Assembly (NCBI GenBank): GCA_963776345.1
Contig: CAVZMH010000007.1
Coordinates: 1-64,000, forward strand
Source: an uncultured delta proteobacterium
GTDB taxonomy: Bacteria; Myxococcota; Myxococcia; Myxococcales; Myxococcaceae
Direction: 5' to 3'
DNA: 64,000 bases
Every line of letters starts with the position of its first letter. The stretch's first letter is position 1. A program made the position numbers and the translations under genes. Shown here piece by piece: positions 61,841-64,000 of the stretch. Below the pieces are notes generated by a model, which was given only the letters and a program-made list of their open reading frames with translations, ran no database searches and was not told the DNA's origin.

Positions 61841-62890
61841 TCAGCCGGAGAAGGGAAGCGCCTCGACCCTGGCCTCGCCCGCTCCGGCCGCCAGGGCGAG
61901 CTGGGTGCCGGGCAGGGCGACGTCCCGGTGCGCGTAGCCGAGGCCGATGGCCCCGAAGCGCGGGCTCCGGACGGCCGACGTCACCCAGCCCACCCGGCGG
62001 TCGCCGGCGAACAGCTCGGTCCGCGGCGCCGGCAGCGCGCCTCCGTCCCCCCCGAACCGCAGGCCCACCAGGTGCCGGTTCACGTGCCCACGGAAGGTTG
62101 CGCGGGCGATGACCTCCTGCCCGATGTAGCAGCCCTTCTGGTAGTGGATGGCGCGCTCGAGGTTCGCCTCGAGCGGGATGGTCTTCTCGTCCATGTCCGC
62201 GCCGAACCGAGGGGTCCCTCGCTCCACGCGGAGCACCTCGAGCGCGGCGAACCCCACCGGCGTCGCACCGCCCTCGAGCAGCCGGTCGAACACCGGGCCG
62301 AGCGCGTCGACGGGAACGAGGAGGTCCACCCCGGGCAGGAGCAGGCCCTGGGGCATCGCCCAGGCCGTGGTTCCGCCGGCCTCGAACGGCCGGAGCGCCG
62401 CGCCTGCCGGAGGACCGAGCCCGAGCACCCGGGCCGCCACCGCCTCGGCCTCGGGGCCGACGACCGAGAGCTGGCCGAACGAGGTCGCTTCGGACAGCTC
62501 GGCGTCCTCGCTGATGAGGTACCGCTCGAGCGTGCCGAGCAGCACCGGCCCGTACCCGGGCTCGGTGAGCAGGAGGAGGTCGTCCGGGCGCTTCACCACC
62601 CGTGCGTCGGCGACCATCGCTCCCTTCGCGGTGAGCAGGGCCGCGTCGGCCACCGACCCCGCGGGGAGCCCCTCCACGTCCTGGGTCACCATCCCCTGGA
62701 GGAAGCTCACCCGGTCCGGGCCGGTCAGGCGGACGACCTCGCGGGCCGAGACGTCGACCAGCGCCGCGCCGGTGCGCAGCGCCCGGTCCTCGTCGTGGCC
62801 AGGGGTGCGCTCGACCACCTCCCGGCCCTTCAGCTCGCCGAGGGTGGCGCCGAGGGCGACATGCCGGTCGTGGAGGGGAAGCAGAACCAT
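61841..62890 (-). CDS. ygfZ: Folate-binding YgfZ/GcvT-family protein
   Basis: GPDRVSFLQG and the signature KGCYIGQE. Confidence 0.9.
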   Translation of the reverse strand: MVLLPLHDRHVALGATLGELKGREVVERTPGHDEDRALRTGAALVDVSAREVVRLTGPDRVSFLQGMVTQDVEGLPAGSVADAALLTAKGAMVADARVVKRPDDLLLLTEPGYGPVLLGTLERYLISEDAELSEATSFGQLSVVGPEAEAVAARVLGLGPPAGAALRPFEAGGTTAWAMPQGLLLPGVDLLVPVDALGPVFDRLLEGGATPVGFAALEVLRVERGTPRFGADMDEKTIPLEANLERAIHYQKGCYIGQEVIARATFRGHVNRHLVGLRFGGDGGALPAPRTELFAGDRRVGWVTSAVRSPRFGAIGLGYAHRDVALPGTQLALAAGAGEARVEALPFSG

Positions 62891-62914
62891 GGACCGCAGC
62901 TATATAAGGGTCCC

Positions 62915-63241
62915 GTGAAGGTCCAGCACCTCCCCGACATCCGCGGCTTCTCGGACGCGAAGCTCCAGAAGCACAACCTCTTCACCACCCCGCGCTTCTT
63001 CCTCGACGTCTACTGCCTCCGCCCGGGCCAGGCCCAGATGCCCCATGCCCACGCCGGGTCGGACAAGGTGTACCTGGTCCTCGAGGGTCGTCCCACGGTC
63101 GAGCTCGACGGCGAGAGCCGGGAACTGCGCGAGGGGGATGCGGTGTTGTGCCCCGCGGGCTCCTCGCATGGTGTGCGGAACGGCGGGGCGACCGACGCGC
63201 GGGTGCTGGTGCTGATGACCCCGCTCCCGGAGAGGACATGA
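62915..63241 (+). CDS. Cupin-domain protein
   Basis: PGQAQMPHAH...YLVLEG and GD...PAGSSHGVRN. Confidence 0.85.
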   Translation: MKVQHLPDIRGFSDAKLQKHNLFTTPRFFLDVYCLRPGQAQMPHAHAGSDKVYLVLEGRPTVELDGESRELREGDAVLCPAGSSHGVRNGGATDARVLVLMTPLPERT

Positions 63242-64000
63242 AGAAGCGGGCGAAGCAACCGGTGGAGACCGTCCGGGCCTGGGCGCCGTGGACGCTGCTC
63301 GGCCTCGGGCTCGCCGAGGTCGGGCTCTCCGTCTTCCAGTGGATCGAGCTGCGCACCGTCCAGGCGGGCGGCACGGCCGTCTGCAGCGTCAACGCCACGG
63401 TGAACTGCGAGACGGTGTGGACCAGCCCCTTCGCCCAGCGTCTCGGGCAGCTGACCGGGTTGCCGGTGGCCGGGCTCGGCGTGATCTGGGGACTCGCGGC
63501 GGCGGCATGCGCGGGGGCCCTGCTCTGGCGCGCGCGCAGCGGCCGCGCCCTGCGGCCCGCGGTCCTCCCGGTGCGGACCGTGGGGGTCGTCGCTGCGCTG
63601 GTCTGCATCACGCTGATCGCCGGCTCGATCAGCGCCGGCGCGCTCTGCCTCACCTGCCTCGGGACGTATCTCCTGGTCCTGGGGTACGCAGGGGTGGCGC
63701 TGGGAGCGCTCCCAGGGGCGCTGCAGCCCGGCGCCGGCGAGTGGACGCGCGCCATCGGACTGCCGGCCACGGTGACCGCGGTGACCTGGCTCGCGCTGCT
63801 CCTGCTCGGGCCCTCCCACTCCGGCGGCGCGCTCCCGCCGAAGAGCGCGGGCAAGGGCGGCAGCACCAGCCGGGAGGTCTCGCAGTTCCTCGCCAGCCGC
63901 CCCGAGTCGGAGAAGCAGGCGCTCTCGGACGCGCTGGCCCGCTTCGCCCGGACGCCTGCCCCGGCCCCGGTGAACGTGCTGCCGCAGGCGCGGGTGCTGA
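63238..64000 (+). CDS. Vitamin K epoxide reductase (VKOR) family protein, truncated by the window end (absent from the ORF track)
   Basis: My translation gives a TM, the loop CSVNATVNCETVWTS, GLPVAGLG and active-site CLTC. The frame is open to 64000 and has an ATGA overlap with the cupin gene. Confidence 0.85.
   Translation, partial: MKKRAKQPVETVRAWAPWTLLGLGLAEVGLSVFQWIELRTVQAGGTAVCSVNATVNCETVWTSPFAQRLGQLTGLPVAGLGVIWGLAAAACAGALLWRARSGRALRPAVLPVRTVGVVAALVCITLIAGSISAGALCLTCLGTYLLVLGYAGVALGALPGALQPGAGEWTRAIGLPATVTAVTWLALLLLGPSHSGGALPPKSAGKGGSTSREVSQFLASRPESEKQALSDALARFARTPAPAPVNVLPQARVL

Overview
High-GC (by eye about 70-75%) chromosomal window from a myxobacterium (Myxococcota). The assignment rests on a MYXO-CTERM protein, a giant TPR protein, a membrane Ser/Thr kinase and an ECF/ZAS pair. 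About 50 densely packed genes are mostly housekeeping or envelope functions: mltF, uppP, manC, pmm/pgm, purEK, malQ-tamA-tamB-exbB-exbD-tonB, astA, argCB, queC, ddpX, cls, ada, pfkA, ctaA, rtcB, ygfZ and VKOR. I saw no tRNA, rRNA, CRISPR array, integrase or transposase. At least 13 apparent single-base insertions break otherwise intact genes and look like long-read consensus errors. The most interesting observations are: (1) an AbiE-type type IV toxin-antitoxin module in toxin-first order with a 20-bp inverted-repeat operator; (2) a dispersed REP/REPIN-like palindromic element (CGTGGACATAGCAACTTCG arms) present twice; (3) a chemoreceptor signalling domain fused to a C-terminal, apparently cytoplasmic OppA-type binding domain; (4) TamAB co-oriented with a receptor-less ExbBD-TonB motor; (5) a GH5-like protein lacking both catalytic glutamates; (6) an ECF sigma/anti-sigma operon carrying a divergent RlmN/Cfr-type radical SAM enzyme; (7) a 3178-aa TPR protein with distinct terminal domains, divergent from a kinase. 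All family calls come from motif recognition by eye; no database search was run.
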